DNA of 64,000 bases from Candidatus Microsyncoccus archaeolyticus (GCA_036987155.1 BTXY01000003.1:28098-92097), one strand, 5' to 3'. Positions 38,068 to 47,515 are shown, numbered from the stretch's first letter. Notes: generated from the letters alone by a model not told the origin. Made by a program: numbers and translations.

Positions 38068-38409
38068 TTAATTTGTTTCTGCTTCTTTGATAAGTTTTGA
38101 TGCATCATTAATGAGCATCATAATAAACCTTTCTCTATCTTGAGGGGAGAAATATCCATCAAGTATGATTTTTTTGCTTCCATCAGGGGATAGCTCTTGA
38201 TGAATGTCGTTCACAATCTGACCCATCTGGCTGTACCAGGCAAGGGGCATTTTTTGTGTACATATTTTTCCCTCAACAAAGTCTAAAATTTCTTTTAGCA
38301 CCCTGTAGTGATAAAGAGAAGGATCTTCGATAGAGGCTTTGTGAGTTACCTCTGGCCTAATGGAATCAATGCTTGATTCCATTTTTTTGATAGCGATTCC
38401 AACGTACAA
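38068..38409 (-). CDS. Hypothetical protein (start uncertain: TTG 38409 or ATG 38382)
   Basis: Minus-strand ORF. The upstream part of the 136-aa track ORF overlaps prfA and was trimmed. Confidence 0.45.
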   Translation of the reverse strand: MYVGIAIKKMESSIDSIRPEVTHKASIEDPSLYHYRVLKEILDFVEGKICTQKMPLAWYSQMGQIVNDIHQELSPDGSKKIILDGYFSPQDRERFIMMLINDASKLIKEAETN

Positions 38410-38449
38410 TTTAATCACCTCTAATATAATAATATAAATTATAGATTTG

Positions 38450-39187
38450 TCAAGATTGAACTTTCCCCATGGCGCCAATCATTTTTTCTATTCTGCCATC
38501 CATTATTGATTCAATATCGTGCCAGCTTTTATTAATTCTGTGGTCAGTAACTCTATCTTGAGGGAAATTATACGTCCTTATTTTTTCTTCTCTTCCAGCG
38601 CTACCGATTTGAGATCTTCTTGCTCCACCCAATTCTTTTTCTAGTTCTTTTTCTTTTTGTTCTAATAATCTTGCAGCTAAAATAGCTAAAGCGTTTTCTT
38701 TATTTTGTTGTAAGCTTCTTTCTGATTGAGAGGTAACAGCCATATTAGTAGGAATATGAACAATTCTAATAGCTGTCATTCTTTTATTAATATATTGTCC
38801 TCCTGCTCCAGAAGCTTTACATGTTTCTGTTCTAATATCTTGAGGCCTAATATCTATTTGGGTTTTTGATGGCTTAGGAAGTACAGCTACTGTTGCAGTG
38901 GAGGTATGAATTCTCCCGGATTTTTCTGTTTTTGGTATTCTTTGAACCCTATGAACACCTGCTTCATATTTGAATTTTTCATAAACATTATCACCATCTA
39001 TTTCAATAATCACACTTTTTATGCCATTAATATCTGTTTGATTAATATCTAATACTTGAGTCTTTAATCCTTGATTTTGAGCATAACGAGAATACATTCT
39101 TAAAAGGTCATTAGCAAAAAGAGCGGCTTCTTCTCCGCCTACTCCAGCTCTAATCTCCATGATTACAGCATTAAACTTCTGTTCCAT
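38450..39187 (-). CDS. prfA: Peptide chain release factor 1, N-terminally truncated form (domains 2-4 only)
   Basis: Begins at the equivalent of E. coli RF1 residue ~105-110 (NAVIMEIRAGVGGEEAALFANDLLRMYSRYA). PKT tripeptide at the P(A/x)T position, and the GGQ motif. The rpmE stop is 2 nt upstream, which leaves no room for domain 1. Confidence 0.85.
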   Translation of the reverse strand: MEQKFNAVIMEIRAGVGGEEAALFANDLLRMYSRYAQNQGLKTQVLDINQTDINGIKSVIIEIDGDNVYEKFKYEAGVHRVQRIPKTEKSGRIHTSTATVAVLPKPSKTQIDIRPQDIRTETCKASGAGGQYINKRMTAIRIVHIPTNMAVTSQSERSLQQNKENALAILAARLLEQKEKELEKELGGARRSQIGSAGREEKIRTYNFPQDRVTDHRINKSWHDIESIMDGRIEKMIGAMGKVQS

Positions 39188-39189
39188 AG

Positions 39190-39396
39190 TTATTTTTTCT
39201 TCGCCATTCTTTGCTTAAACTTTTGAACTCTTCCTACCTGGTCAGAACTTCTTTCTTTTCCAGTATAGAAAGGGTGGCATTTTGAACATATTTCAACCTC
39301 TAGATTTTCTTGAGTTGAGCCTATTTCAAAAACTGCTCCACAAGAACAGCGAGCTTTAGCTTTTTCAAAATATTTTGGATGAATATCCTTTTTCAT
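39190..39396 (-). CDS. rpmE: 50S ribosomal protein L31
   Basis: MKKDIHPKY...CSCG...[11 protein letters not shown]. Confidence 0.9.
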   Translation of the reverse strand: MKKDIHPKYFEKAKARCSCGAVFEIGSTQENLEVEICSKCHPFYTGKERSSDQVGRVQKFKQRMAKKK

Positions 39397-39455
39397 ATTG
39401 GAATTATACTATCAGAAAACTATTTTTTAATCAAGAGGTGTGTTATAATAAAAAA

Positions 39456-39950
39456 ATGATAAAAGAAATTAATAATTATGCATACATTGATGGAAACAAT
39501 CTTTACAGAGGAGTAAATTCTTTGGGTTGGAAAATTGATTATAAGAGATTTAGAGTTTGGTTAAAAGATAAATATAGCATTAATAAAGCTTATATATTTA
39601 TAGGATTGGTTCCAAAATATAAAGATCTTTATACTTCTTTACAAGAAGCTGGGTTTACTTTGATTTTTAAAGAAACTGTATATGACGGAAATGGAAAAAT
39701 AAAAGGCAATTGCGATGCAGACTTAGTTCTAAGATCTTTAGTAGATTTCTATGAAGAGAAAATAAATAGTATTATAATCGTTACAAGTGATGGTGATTAT
39801 GCTGGTTTAATTAAATTTTTAAAAGAAAAAGGAAAATTAAGGGTTGTCTTGTCTCCTTCTCTAGAAAAAAAGTGCTCAATACTTATCAAAAGATTAAATC
39901 CTGCTATTGTTTATCTTGATAATATTAAAGAAAAGATAAGATTAAAATAA
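39456..39950 (+). CDS. NYN domain (LabA-like) protein
   Basis: YIDGNNLY...NCDADLV...IVTSDGDYAGLIKFL. Trimmed to ATG 39456. Confidence 0.75.
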   Translation: MIKEINNYAYIDGNNLYRGVNSLGWKIDYKRFRVWLKDKYSINKAYIFIGLVPKYKDLYTSLQEAGFTLIFKETVYDGNGKIKGNCDADLVLRSLVDFYEEKINSIIIVTSDGDYAGLIKFLKEKGKLRVVLSPSLEKKCSILIKRLNPAIVYLDNIKEKIRLK

Positions 39951-39957
39951 AAAAGCC

Positions 39958-39991
39958 CCCATTAAGGACAAAACCTTAAAAGGGTCTTTTT
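39958..39991 (+). terminator. Imperfect hairpin CCC.TTAAGG-loop-CCTTAA..GGG + T-run
   Basis: Seen directly after the NYN gene stop. Confidence 0.4.
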
Positions 39992-40039
39992 CGTGGTTAT
40001 GTTTTTATTATATCAACAAATCAAAATTAGTCAAGGTAC

Positions 40040-40068
40040 TTGTCATTAATTTTTAATTATGCTATATA
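40040..40068 (+). promoter_or_regulatory. Promoter TTGTCA-17nt-TATATA upstream of rpsB (42-nt leader with small TCGCT/AGCGA hairpin)
   Basis: TTGTCA 40040-40045, TATATA 40063-40068. Confidence 0.5.
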
Positions 40069-40110
40069 CATAGTATATTTATTAACTCGCTTTTAAGCGA
40101 TATTTCAATT

Positions 40111-40806
40111 ATGGACACAGAAACAGCAAAAACACAATATGGTATTTTGATAGACGACATGATTAAAGCTGGTCTTGGTTTTGGTCATCAAAAATCAAAA
40201 CTTCATCCTAAAATGAAGGATTATACTGCAAAGATTAAAGATAAAGTATATTTAATCGATTTAGAAAAAACAGCAATAAAATTAGCAGAAAGTTTGGATT
40301 TGTTAAAATCATTAAAACAAGAAGGCAAAGGAATCATTTTTGTGGGAACAAAAGTTGCTACAAGAAAACTAATAGAAGAAATAGCTAAGAGTTCCAAAGC
40401 GTATTATGTTAATGAAAGATGGATAGGGGGAACATTTACTAATTTTAAAGAAATAAGGAAAAGAATAAATTATTGGAAGGAATTAGAGAACAGAACAAAA
40501 GATCCTGATTACGAAAAGAAATATGTTAAGAAAGAAAGATTAACTATTCAAAAAGAAATAGACAGAATGAAAATGAAATTCGAAGGAATAAAAGACATGG
40601 AAGAATTGCCTGGTGCTCTAGTTGTTTTAAGCGCTGACAAAGAAAGTATTGCTGTAAAAGAAGCTAAAAAATCTGGAATTAAAGTAATTGGAGTAGTAGA
40701 CACTAATACTGATCCTACGCCAATAGATTATGTTATTCCAGCTAATGACGATGCTTTTACCTCAATCGAATATATATTGTATAAAATGCAAGAAGTATTA
40801 AAATAA
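40111..40806 (+). CDS. rpsB: 30S ribosomal protein S2
   Basis: AGLGFGHQKSKLHPKM, WIGGTFTNF, VVDTNTDP. Confidence 0.95.
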   Translation: MDTETAKTQYGILIDDMIKAGLGFGHQKSKLHPKMKDYTAKIKDKVYLIDLEKTAIKLAESLDLLKSLKQEGKGIIFVGTKVATRKLIEEIAKSSKAYYVNERWIGGTFTNFKEIRKRINYWKELENRTKDPDYEKKYVKKERLTIQKEIDRMKMKFEGIKDMEELPGALVVLSADKESIAVKEAKKSGIKVIGVVDTNTDPTPIDYVIPANDDAFTSIEYILYKMQEVLK

Positions 40807-40820
40807 TATATAAATAAATT

Positions 40821-41405
40821 ATGGCAGAAGTTGAATTAATTAAAAAACTTCGAGAAGAGACAGGGATTTCCTTGTCTGATTGTAAAAAAGCCTTGGAAGA
40901 ATCAGGAAATGATATTGAAAAGGCAAAAGAATATTTAAGAAAAAGGGGAGAAGCAGTAGCTCTTAAAAAAGGAGAGAGAACTGTTGGAGCTGGAATTATT
41001 GATGCTTATGTTCATCAAAACAAAAGATTGGGAGTAATGATTGAGCTTGCTTGTGAAACTGATTTTGTTTCTCGTGGAGAAGATTTTAATAACCTAGCTC
41101 ACGAAATATGTTTGCAGATTGCCTCAATGAAACCTCTTTTCATAAAAGAAGAAGATATTCCAGAAGAGATATTGCAAAAGGAAAAAGCAATTTATGAAGA
41201 ACAAGCTAAAGAGTTAAATAAGCCAGAAGAAATTGTTCAAGGAATAATTAAGGGGAAACTAGAAAAGTTTAAAAAAGAAAACTGCTTGATTAATCAGTTA
41301 TGGATTAAAGATGACAGTAAGACAATTCAGAATTTAATAAATGAATACATTGCTAAAACAGGAGAAAATATTTTAGTAAAAAGATTTGCAAGATATGAAT
41401 TCTGA
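40821..41405 (+). CDS. tsf: Elongation factor Ts (short form)
   Basis: IKKLREETGISLSDCKKALEESGNDIEKA and ELACETDFV. Confidence 0.9.
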   Translation: MAEVELIKKLREETGISLSDCKKALEESGNDIEKAKEYLRKRGEAVALKKGERTVGAGIIDAYVHQNKRLGVMIELACETDFVSRGEDFNNLAHEICLQIASMKPLFIKEEDIPEEILQKEKAIYEEQAKELNKPEEIVQGIIKGKLEKFKKENCLINQLWIKDDSKTIQNLINEYIAKTGENILVKRFARYEF

Positions 41406-41760
41406 TCTTATTCTACAAATAACTTTTCTTTTAAGTTTTGCTGGGGTTGTTGGTTTTGCTTTAAGGAAGAGTCCTCAAGTAGCACAGCTTCCCGAGAAGG
41501 AATGTTTTTATTCAAGAATTGTTAATAATTCAAAAGAAAATTTTCTTGAAGTAAAAAATAACTTAAAAAAGAAAACAGAAAATTGGGAGAATTCATTGCA
41601 CAAATTTCTTTTCAAAACAAGAATTTTATTTTTAAAAGCAGATAACAAAACATTAGATTTAATTAAGAAATTAAAGCAGCGATCAGAGAAAAGAAAGGGA
41701 GACGATGGATATTGGAAAGATATTAAAAAATCAATTAAGAAGAAAAATAAGCCGGCATAG
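41386..41760 (+). CDS. Hypothetical small membrane protein with lysine-rich tail; stop TAG lies inside tRNA-Thr
   Basis: One TM helix (ILQITFLLSFAGVVGFAL). The start is uncertain (ATG 41386 or 41395). Confidence 0.45.
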   Translation: MQDMNSDLILQITFLLSFAGVVGFALRKSPQVAQLPEKECFYSRIVNNSKENFLEVKNNLKKKTENWENSLHKFLFKTRILFLKADNKTLDLIKKLKQRSEKRKGDDGYWKDIKKSIKKKNKPA

Positions 41761-41822
41761 CTCAGTGGTAGAGCAACTGTTTTGTAAACAGTAGGTCGGG
41801 GGTTCGAATCCGTCTGCCGGCT
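41751..41822 (+). tRNA. tRNA-Thr (anticodon UGU)
   Basis: Acceptor GCCGGCA/TGCCGGC, D-arm GCTC-AGTGGTA-GAGC, anticodon arm ACTGT-TTTGTAA-ACAGT, T-loop TTCGAAT. Confidence 0.85.
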
Positions 41823-41833
41823 CACGATGTGTA

Positions 41834-41862
41834 TTGACAATTATAAAGAAGCAGAGTAAGAT
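41834..41862 (+). promoter_or_regulatory. Candidate rrs promoter TTGACA-17nt-TAAGAT
   Basis: TTGACA 41834-41839, TAAGAT 41857-41862, about 70 nt upstream of the 16S. Confidence 0.5.
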
Positions 41863-41904
41863 GTTTTTACTTGAAAGATCCTTGAAATTTTATTGTAGGT
41901 TTTT

Positions 41905-41921
41905 TAGAGTTGTTTCGTAAA
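41905..41921 (+). repeat. 5' half of the pre-16S processing stem (TAGAGTTGTTTCGTAAA)
   Basis: Perfect reverse complement of 43494..43510. Confidence 0.8.
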
Positions 41922-41932
41922 TTTTTATTTTT

Positions 41933-43409
<1,477 letters not shown>

Positions 43410-43426
43410 ATTTTTAGTTTGTCGGC

Positions 43427-43463
43427 AAGAATTAATTCGCGAGTGATCACTGAATTAATTCTT
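43427..43463 (+). repeat. Spacer hairpin: 12-bp perfect inverted repeat AAGAATTAATTC / GAATTAATTCTT
   Basis: Arms 43427-43438 and 43452-43463, 13-nt loop. Confidence 0.6.
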
Positions 43464-43493
43464 AAGTGTTGGTCTTGTCACTTTAAAAAGACC

Positions 43494-43510
43494 TTTACGA
43501 AACAACTCTA
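43494..43510 (+). repeat. 3' half of the pre-16S processing stem (TTTACGAAACAACTCTA)
   Basis: Perfect reverse complement of 41905..41921. Confidence 0.8.
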
Positions 43511-43523
43511 AGAGACTTATACT

Positions 43524-44096
43524 ATGATATTCTACTCCCTTTTTAAAGGGTTATACAAAAGAGCAGCCCGGAAAATGATTAAGGACTGCGAAGGTTTTAT
43601 TAGAAACAATTCAGAATTATTAGATTTTGGCTGTGGTTCAGGAATAGTTGCCAGTGAATTTGAAAAACATTTTAATTTAAAAATTAAAGGAGTAGACATT
43701 ATAGACAATAGGGTTGAAAATATTTCTTTTGAGTTGTATAATGGCAAAGACCTTTCTTTTTTTAATGATAATAGCTTTGACACGGTTTTAGTAAGTTATG
43801 TTTTACATCACACCAAAAACCCTTTAGAACTTTTTAAAGAAATTAAAAGAGTAAGCAAAGATATAGTTATTATTTATGAGAGTCCTTGTGATGGATTGTT
43901 TTACAGGATAATGTGTTCAATACATGGAATATCATTTGCAAAATATTTTCAGAAAAACAAAAATAAAGGAAAGTTTTTCACAACAAAAGAATGGAAAAAA
44001 ATATTTAAAGAAAATGGGTTTAATGTCGTTAAAGAGAAAATAGTTGGATATTTTCCTTTAAAGAACACGCTTTTCATTTTAAAGAAGGGTGTGTAG
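43524..44096 (+). CDS. Class I SAM-dependent methyltransferase (Methyltransf_11-like) embedded between 16S and tRNA-Ile
   Basis: LLDFGCGSGIVA (motif I), GVDIIDN, FDTVLVSYVLHH. The stop TAG lies inside tRNA-Ile. Confidence 0.75.
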   Translation: MIFYSLFKGLYKRAARKMIKDCEGFIRNNSELLDFGCGSGIVASEFEKHFNLKIKGVDIIDNRVENISFELYNGKDLSFFNDNSFDTVLVSYVLHHTKNPLELFKEIKRVSKDIVIIYESPCDGLFYRIMCSIHGISFAKYFQKNKNKGKFFTTKEWKKIFKENGFNVVKEKIVGYFPLKNTLFILKKGV

Positions 44097-44160
44097 CTCA
44101 GCTGGTTAGAGCGCGTCACTGATAATGACGAGGTCCCTGGTTCAAGTCCAGGCATACCCA
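44087..44160 (+). tRNA. tRNA-Ile (anticodon GAU)
   Basis: Acceptor GGGTGTG/CATACCC, anticodon arm CGTCA-CTGATAA-TGACG, T-arm CCTGG-TTCAAGT-CCAGG. Confidence 0.9.
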
Positions 44161-44168
44161 CAGTATAT

Positions 44169-44241
44169 GGGCCCATGGCGCAGTTGGTAGCGCGCCTCTT
44201 TTGCAAAGAGGAGGTCAGGAGTTCGAATCTCCTTGGGTCCA
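44169..44241 (+). tRNA. tRNA-Ala (anticodon UGC)
   Basis: Acceptor GGGCCCA/TGGGTCC with the G3:U70 identity pair, anticodon arm CCTCT-TTTGCAA-AGAGG. Confidence 0.9.
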
Positions 44242-44246
44242 CAAAA

Positions 44247-44270
44247 AACCTTCCATAAACGGAAGGTTTT
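44247..44270 (+). terminator. Rho-independent terminator AACCTTCC-ATAAAC-GGAAGGTT + TT
   Basis: 8-bp perfect stem immediately after tRNA-Ala. Confidence 0.75.
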
Positions 44271-44327
44271 ATATTTGTAAACATATTTGATATAATAATA
44301 TTGATAACAATAAATTATAATAAAAAC

Positions 44328-45155
44328 ATGAATAATAGAATTTTGTTAATTATTTTAATTTTTATTTTTATATCTACTGGTTTTGTTATTGCAGCAAATA
44401 ATAGTGGAGCTCAATCTTCGCAACAGCAAACATCTAATCAAGGAGAGGGGAATCAAATTCAAAACAATGAGAATAATCCTGGCAATGGTGTCCAAGAACA
44501 AAATCAAGTTCAAACTCAAGAACAATTACAAGATGGAAGTGGAGACAATAACCAAGAACAAAATCAAGAGCAGTCTGGTAATGGAAATGGTTCTCAAAAT
44601 CAACAACAAACATCTAATCAAGGAGAGGGGAATCAAATTCAAAATAATGAGAATAATCCTGGTAATGGCGCTCAAGAACAAAATCAAGTTCAAACTCAAG
44701 AACAACAAGGAACACAAAGTCAAAATGGTTTAAATAATGCTGAACAAAGAAGGAGTCAAGTAGCTAATGCTGTTCAAGAAATGCTTCAAGTAGCTGATAG
44801 AGCTGGTGGAATTGGAGAGCAAGTAAGAGTAATTGCTCAAGCTCAAAATCAAAACCAGGAACAGATAGAGCAAAGCCTAGAAAAGGTTCAAAAAAGAAAT
44901 ACTTTTGTTAAATTTTTAATTGGACCCAACTATGGAGAAATTAAGAATACAGAAAGATTATTAGAACAAAACCAAGAAAGAGTTAACCAATTAAATCAGA
45001 TTCAAAATCAACTCATTAATCAGGCAGATCAGCAAGCTTTAATGGAGCAGGTTCAAGTTTTAGAGCAAGCAAATTTAGCAATCCAAAACTCTCTCAATGC
45101 TGCTCAAAAAGGATTTAGTTTGTTTGGGTGGATGTTTAGACTATTTTCAAGATAA
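44328..45155 (+). CDS. Secreted Gln/Asn-rich repeat protein with C-terminal coiled-coil-like region
   Basis: Signal peptide MNNRILLIILIFIFISTGFVIA. The 35-aa unit QQQTSNQGEGNQIQNNENNPGNG.QEQNQVQTQEQ occurs twice. Trimmed to ATG 44328. Confidence 0.6.
   Translation: MNNRILLIILIFIFISTGFVIAANNSGAQSSQQQTSNQGEGNQIQNNENNPGNGVQEQNQVQTQEQLQDGSGDNNQEQNQEQSGNGNGSQNQQQTSNQGEGNQIQNNENNPGNGAQEQNQVQTQEQQGTQSQNGLNNAEQRRSQVANAVQEMLQVADRAGGIGEQVRVIAQAQNQNQEQIEQSLEKVQKRNTFVKFLIGPNYGEIKNTERLLEQNQERVNQLNQIQNQLINQADQQALMEQVQVLEQANLAIQNSLNAAQKGFSLFGWMFRLFSR
44421..44526 (+). repeat. Copy 1 of a ~106-bp intragenic direct repeat
   Basis: Near-identical to 44601..44706, offset exactly 180 bp (60 codons). Confidence 0.85.
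44601..44706 (+). repeat. Copy 2 of a ~106-bp intragenic direct repeat
   Basis: A handful of substitutions relative to copy 1. Confidence 0.85.
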
Positions 45156-45168
45156 ATTTTATAAAAGA

Positions 45169-45192
45169 CAGCCCCTTAAGGGGTTGTTTTTT
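45169..45192 (+). terminator. Rho-independent terminator CAGCCCC-TTAA-GGGGTTG + TTTTTT
   Basis: 7-bp GC-rich stem and a T-run. Confidence 0.7.
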
Positions 45193-45246
45193 AATTGTTT
45201 GTATGCTATTTTTATTTCGGTTCTTAAACAACCTGGAGGAACAGAA

Positions 45247-45672
45247 TTGGTTGAAAGAAAAAAGTATTTAGAGATTATTAAAGCTGATTATATTGGAGAT
45301 ATCAGCACATATGGAGATATTGTTATTAACCAAGGGGTTTTTGTTAGGGGTAGCGTGTTTGCTGCTTCTGGCAGTATTTTCATAGAGCCTGGAGCGGTTA
45401 TCCAGGGTAGAGTTGAAGCTGGTATCAACATATATATTGGCAAGAAGGCCGAAATTATTGGTCAAGTAAAGGCATTTCATGTTGAAAACAGAGGAGAGAT
45501 AAAAGGAGACGTGAATAACGTTAATTTCTTCAGAAGTTTTGGAGGGAAAAGCACAGGGGAAATTGAAGCAACGCACGTTCTCATAGGAGAATACGGTATC
45601 CATAATGGGCCAATAATTTCAATGTGTACAAAAATTGATGATCAAGGAAGACATTTTAAAGATGGCGCTTAA
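45247..45672 (+). CDS. Bactofilin-like (beta-helical repeat) protein; start uncertain
   Basis: The track ORF begins upstream of the terminator, so it was trimmed to TTG 45247. Repetitive G.V/I.G pattern: GDIVINQGVFVRGSVFAASGSIFIEPGAVIQGRVEAGINIYIGKKAEIIGQV. Confidence 0.45.
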   Translation: MVERKKYLEIIKADYIGDISTYGDIVINQGVFVRGSVFAASGSIFIEPGAVIQGRVEAGINIYIGKKAEIIGQVKAFHVENRGEIKGDVNNVNFFRSFGGKSTGEIEATHVLIGEYGIHNGPIISMCTKIDDQGRHFKDGA

Positions 45673-45688
45673 GCGTCATTGTTTTTTT
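45662..45688 (+). terminator. Hairpin ATGGCGC-TTAA-GCGTCAT spanning the stop codon + T-run
   Basis: 7-bp stem (one G:U) followed by TGTTTTTTT. Confidence 0.55.
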
Positions 45689-45714
45689 ATTTTTTTGTAG
45701 TATAATTTCATTAT

Positions 45715-46635
45715 ATGCTTTTAGAATCTCTAGTGATAATTATTGGACTTTGTGTATTTGAAACTATTTGCAGTATTGATAATGCGATTATTAATGCTCA
45801 TGTTTTAAAAACAGTTTCCGAGAAATACAGAAAAATATTCCTTTTTTGGGGAATAATTTTTGCTGTATTTATTGTTAGAGGGGTATTACCTTTTTTGATT
45901 GTTTGGATTACCAGTCCTTCTTTGTCTGTTGTTGATGTTTTTTCTTCTGCTTTTTCTTCTAATGAATTGGTTGCAGAATCTTTAGAAAAATCCAAACCAT
46001 TGCTTCTGTTAGGCGGAGGAGCATATTTGTTTTTAGTATTTTTATCTTGGTTGTTTCTAGAAGAAAAGAAGTGTGTTTTTTTAGTTGAAAGATTTATTCA
46101 TCGCCAAGGAGTTTGGTTTTATGCAATTGCTTCTATTTTTACGACAATAACAGTATATTTTGCCTTAAAAGTAAATCCTATTTTAGCCTTAGCATTAACT
46201 ATTGGAGTTAGTGCTTTTTTCATAACAGATGGTTTTAAAAAAAGCGCAGAAGAAAAAGAAAAAGAACTAATGCAAGGAAACTTAAGTGCTTGGAGTAAAC
46301 TTTTATACTTAGAGGTATTAGATGCTTCTTTTTCAATTGATGGAGTAATTGGTGCTTTTGCTTTTACCATGTCAATTCCTTTAATTATTATTGGGAATGG
46401 TTTAGGTGCTTTTATTGTTAGGGATTTGACTATTAAAGGAATAGACAAGATTAGCAAGTATGCCTATTTAAAAAATGGTGCTATGTATTCTATTGGACTA
46501 ATGGGTTCTCTAATGGTTTTAGAAAGTTTCGGTCAGGAATTTCCTTTTTGGTTGGTTCCTTTAAATACACTTATTATTTTAACTTTTTTTCTCTATTTAT
46601 CAATTAAAGAGAATAATACTTGTATTAAGGGTTAG
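45715..46635 (+). CDS. Integral membrane protein, DUF475/TerC-like
   Basis: SIDNAIINA and LEVLDASFSIDGVIGAFAFT motifs; multi-TM. Confidence 0.55.
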   Translation: MLLESLVIIIGLCVFETICSIDNAIINAHVLKTVSEKYRKIFLFWGIIFAVFIVRGVLPFLIVWITSPSLSVVDVFSSAFSSNELVAESLEKSKPLLLLGGGAYLFLVFLSWLFLEEKKCVFLVERFIHRQGVWFYAIASIFTTITVYFALKVNPILALALTIGVSAFFITDGFKKSAEEKEKELMQGNLSAWSKLLYLEVLDASFSIDGVIGAFAFTMSIPLIIIGNGLGAFIVRDLTIKGIDKISKYAYLKNGAMYSIGLMGSLMVLESFGQEFPFWLVPLNTLIILTFFLYLSIKENNTCIKG

Positions 46636-46760
46636 GGTGTTGACAAAAATATAGATTTTTTAAAATTACTTTGATATAATAATAAAATGGTCGTTTTAAA
46701 TAAATAATTAATAATTATTAATGCCTTTATTCTTTAATTTAAAGAATAGGGAAAATTTTT

Positions 46761-47438
46761 ATGGTAGACTGGACAGGTATAACTATTCTCGCATTGCAAC
46801 AAGCATGGGAGAGTATTATAGGGTTCTTGCCATTACTTTTAGGAGCTTTTATTATCTTCATCATTGGATGGGTAGTCTCTATTTGGATTGGAAAATTGGT
46901 AGCAGGAGTTTTAAGTGCACTAAAATTTGATAAGATATTCGAGGGTGGTGGATGGAGAGAAGCTTTTGAAAAAGCAGAAATTAAAGTATCTCCATCAGAT
47001 TTTATCGGAGCAATAGTTAAATGGATTTTGATTGTAGTATTCTTGATTGTTGCTGCTGATATATTAGGTTGGGTAGCATTTGCTTCGATATTAGCAAAAC
47101 TATTAGCTTGGATACCTAATTTAATAGTGTCTATTGCTATTTTTGTTGTTGCTGTGGTTGTTGCAGATATTTTAGGCAAAATGGTTAAAGCTTCAGTTAA
47201 GAAAATGGGAGTAAGCTTGACTAATTTTGTTGGATCAGCTGTAAAATGGTCAATATATGTTTTTGCAATTTTTGCAATATTGTTACAACTAGGAATTGCT
47301 GCTCCGATTGTTAACACCTTGGTTACTGGTTTTGTTGCAACACTTACAATAGCTTTTGGTTTAGCATTTGGTTTAGGAGGAAAAGAAGCTGCTGCCAGAG
47401 TAATTGAAGAAGCAAAAAACAAGCTTTCTGACAAATAA
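46761..47438 (+). CDS. Membrane protein with repeated conserved-TM-helix motif (MscS-associated type)
   Basis: Repeated hydrophobic helices with a K-rich loop. Flanked by a downstream terminator in + orientation. The antisense 231-aa ORF is judged a shadow ORF. Confidence 0.5.
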   Translation: MVDWTGITILALQQAWESIIGFLPLLLGAFIIFIIGWVVSIWIGKLVAGVLSALKFDKIFEGGGWREAFEKAEIKVSPSDFIGAIVKWILIVVFLIVAADILGWVAFASILAKLLAWIPNLIVSIAIFVVAVVVADILGKMVKASVKKMGVSLTNFVGSAVKWSIYVFAIFAILLQLGIAAPIVNTLVTGFVATLTIAFGLAFGLGGKEAAARVIEEAKNKLSDK

Positions 47439-47450
47439 TTTATACTTTAA

Positions 47451-47478
47451 ACACGCCTCTTTATGGGGTGTGTTTTTT
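47451..47478 (+). terminator. Rho-independent terminator ACACGCC-loop-GGTGTGT + TTTTT
   Basis: 7-bp stem and a T-run. Confidence 0.6.
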
Positions 47479-47480
47479 GT

Positions 47481-47509
47481 TTGACCGTTTCTGTATTTTC
47501 TAGTATATT
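47481..47509 (+). promoter_or_regulatory. Promoter TTGACC-17nt-TATATT; alaS ATG 6 nt after the -10
   Basis: TTGACC 47481-47486, TATATT 47504-47509, ATG 47516. Confidence 0.55.
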
Positions 47510-47515
47510 TAGAAT

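Noticed and set aside
38415-38421. SD-like GAGGTGA (minus strand) before TTG 38409, and GGAGGA at 45235-45240 before TTG 45247
   Set aside because: I used these only as weak tie-breakers for start choice. With no anti-SD in the 16S they cannot be taken as functional RBSs, so both start calls are flagged as uncertain.
41508-41840. 110-aa minus-strand ORF; likewise 43949..44284 (-), 111 aa
   Set aside because: Both run antisense through well-formed tRNA genes (Thr-UGU; Ile-GAU and Ala-UGC) and through confident + strand CDSs, so they are spurious.
44421-44706. Possible CRISPR-like or tandem array
   Set aside because: There are only two copies, 180 bp apart, in frame inside a CDS, and the intervening sequence is also coding. 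No other regularly spaced repeats were seen in the window.
44383-44733. 116-aa + strand ORF and 65-aa minus ORF inside the Q/N-rich gene
   Set aside because: These are alternative frames of a repetitive CAA/AAT-rich sequence. Open frames are expected by composition, and neither has independent start signals.
46640-46747. TTGACA / TATAAT boxes, a 6-codon mini-ORF (46687-46707, MVVLNK) and a 9-bp-arm palindrome ATTCTTTAA-T-TTAAAGAAT (46729-46747) upstream of the 46761 gene
   Set aside because: The spacing between TTGACA and TATAAT is 29 nt, and 15 nt to the alternative TAAAAT, so no convincing promoter results. An A/T-only palindrome and a tiny ORF are easily produced by chance in AT-rich DNA. 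They are noted but not called.
46739-47434. 231-aa minus-strand ORF fully antisense to the 46761..47438 membrane-protein gene
   Set aside because: This is a shadow ORF. Its translation is low-complexity (A/T/I/K/P-rich) with no motif. The + strand ORF has clean TM helices, a downstream + orientation terminator (47451-47478), and matches the local transcription direction.
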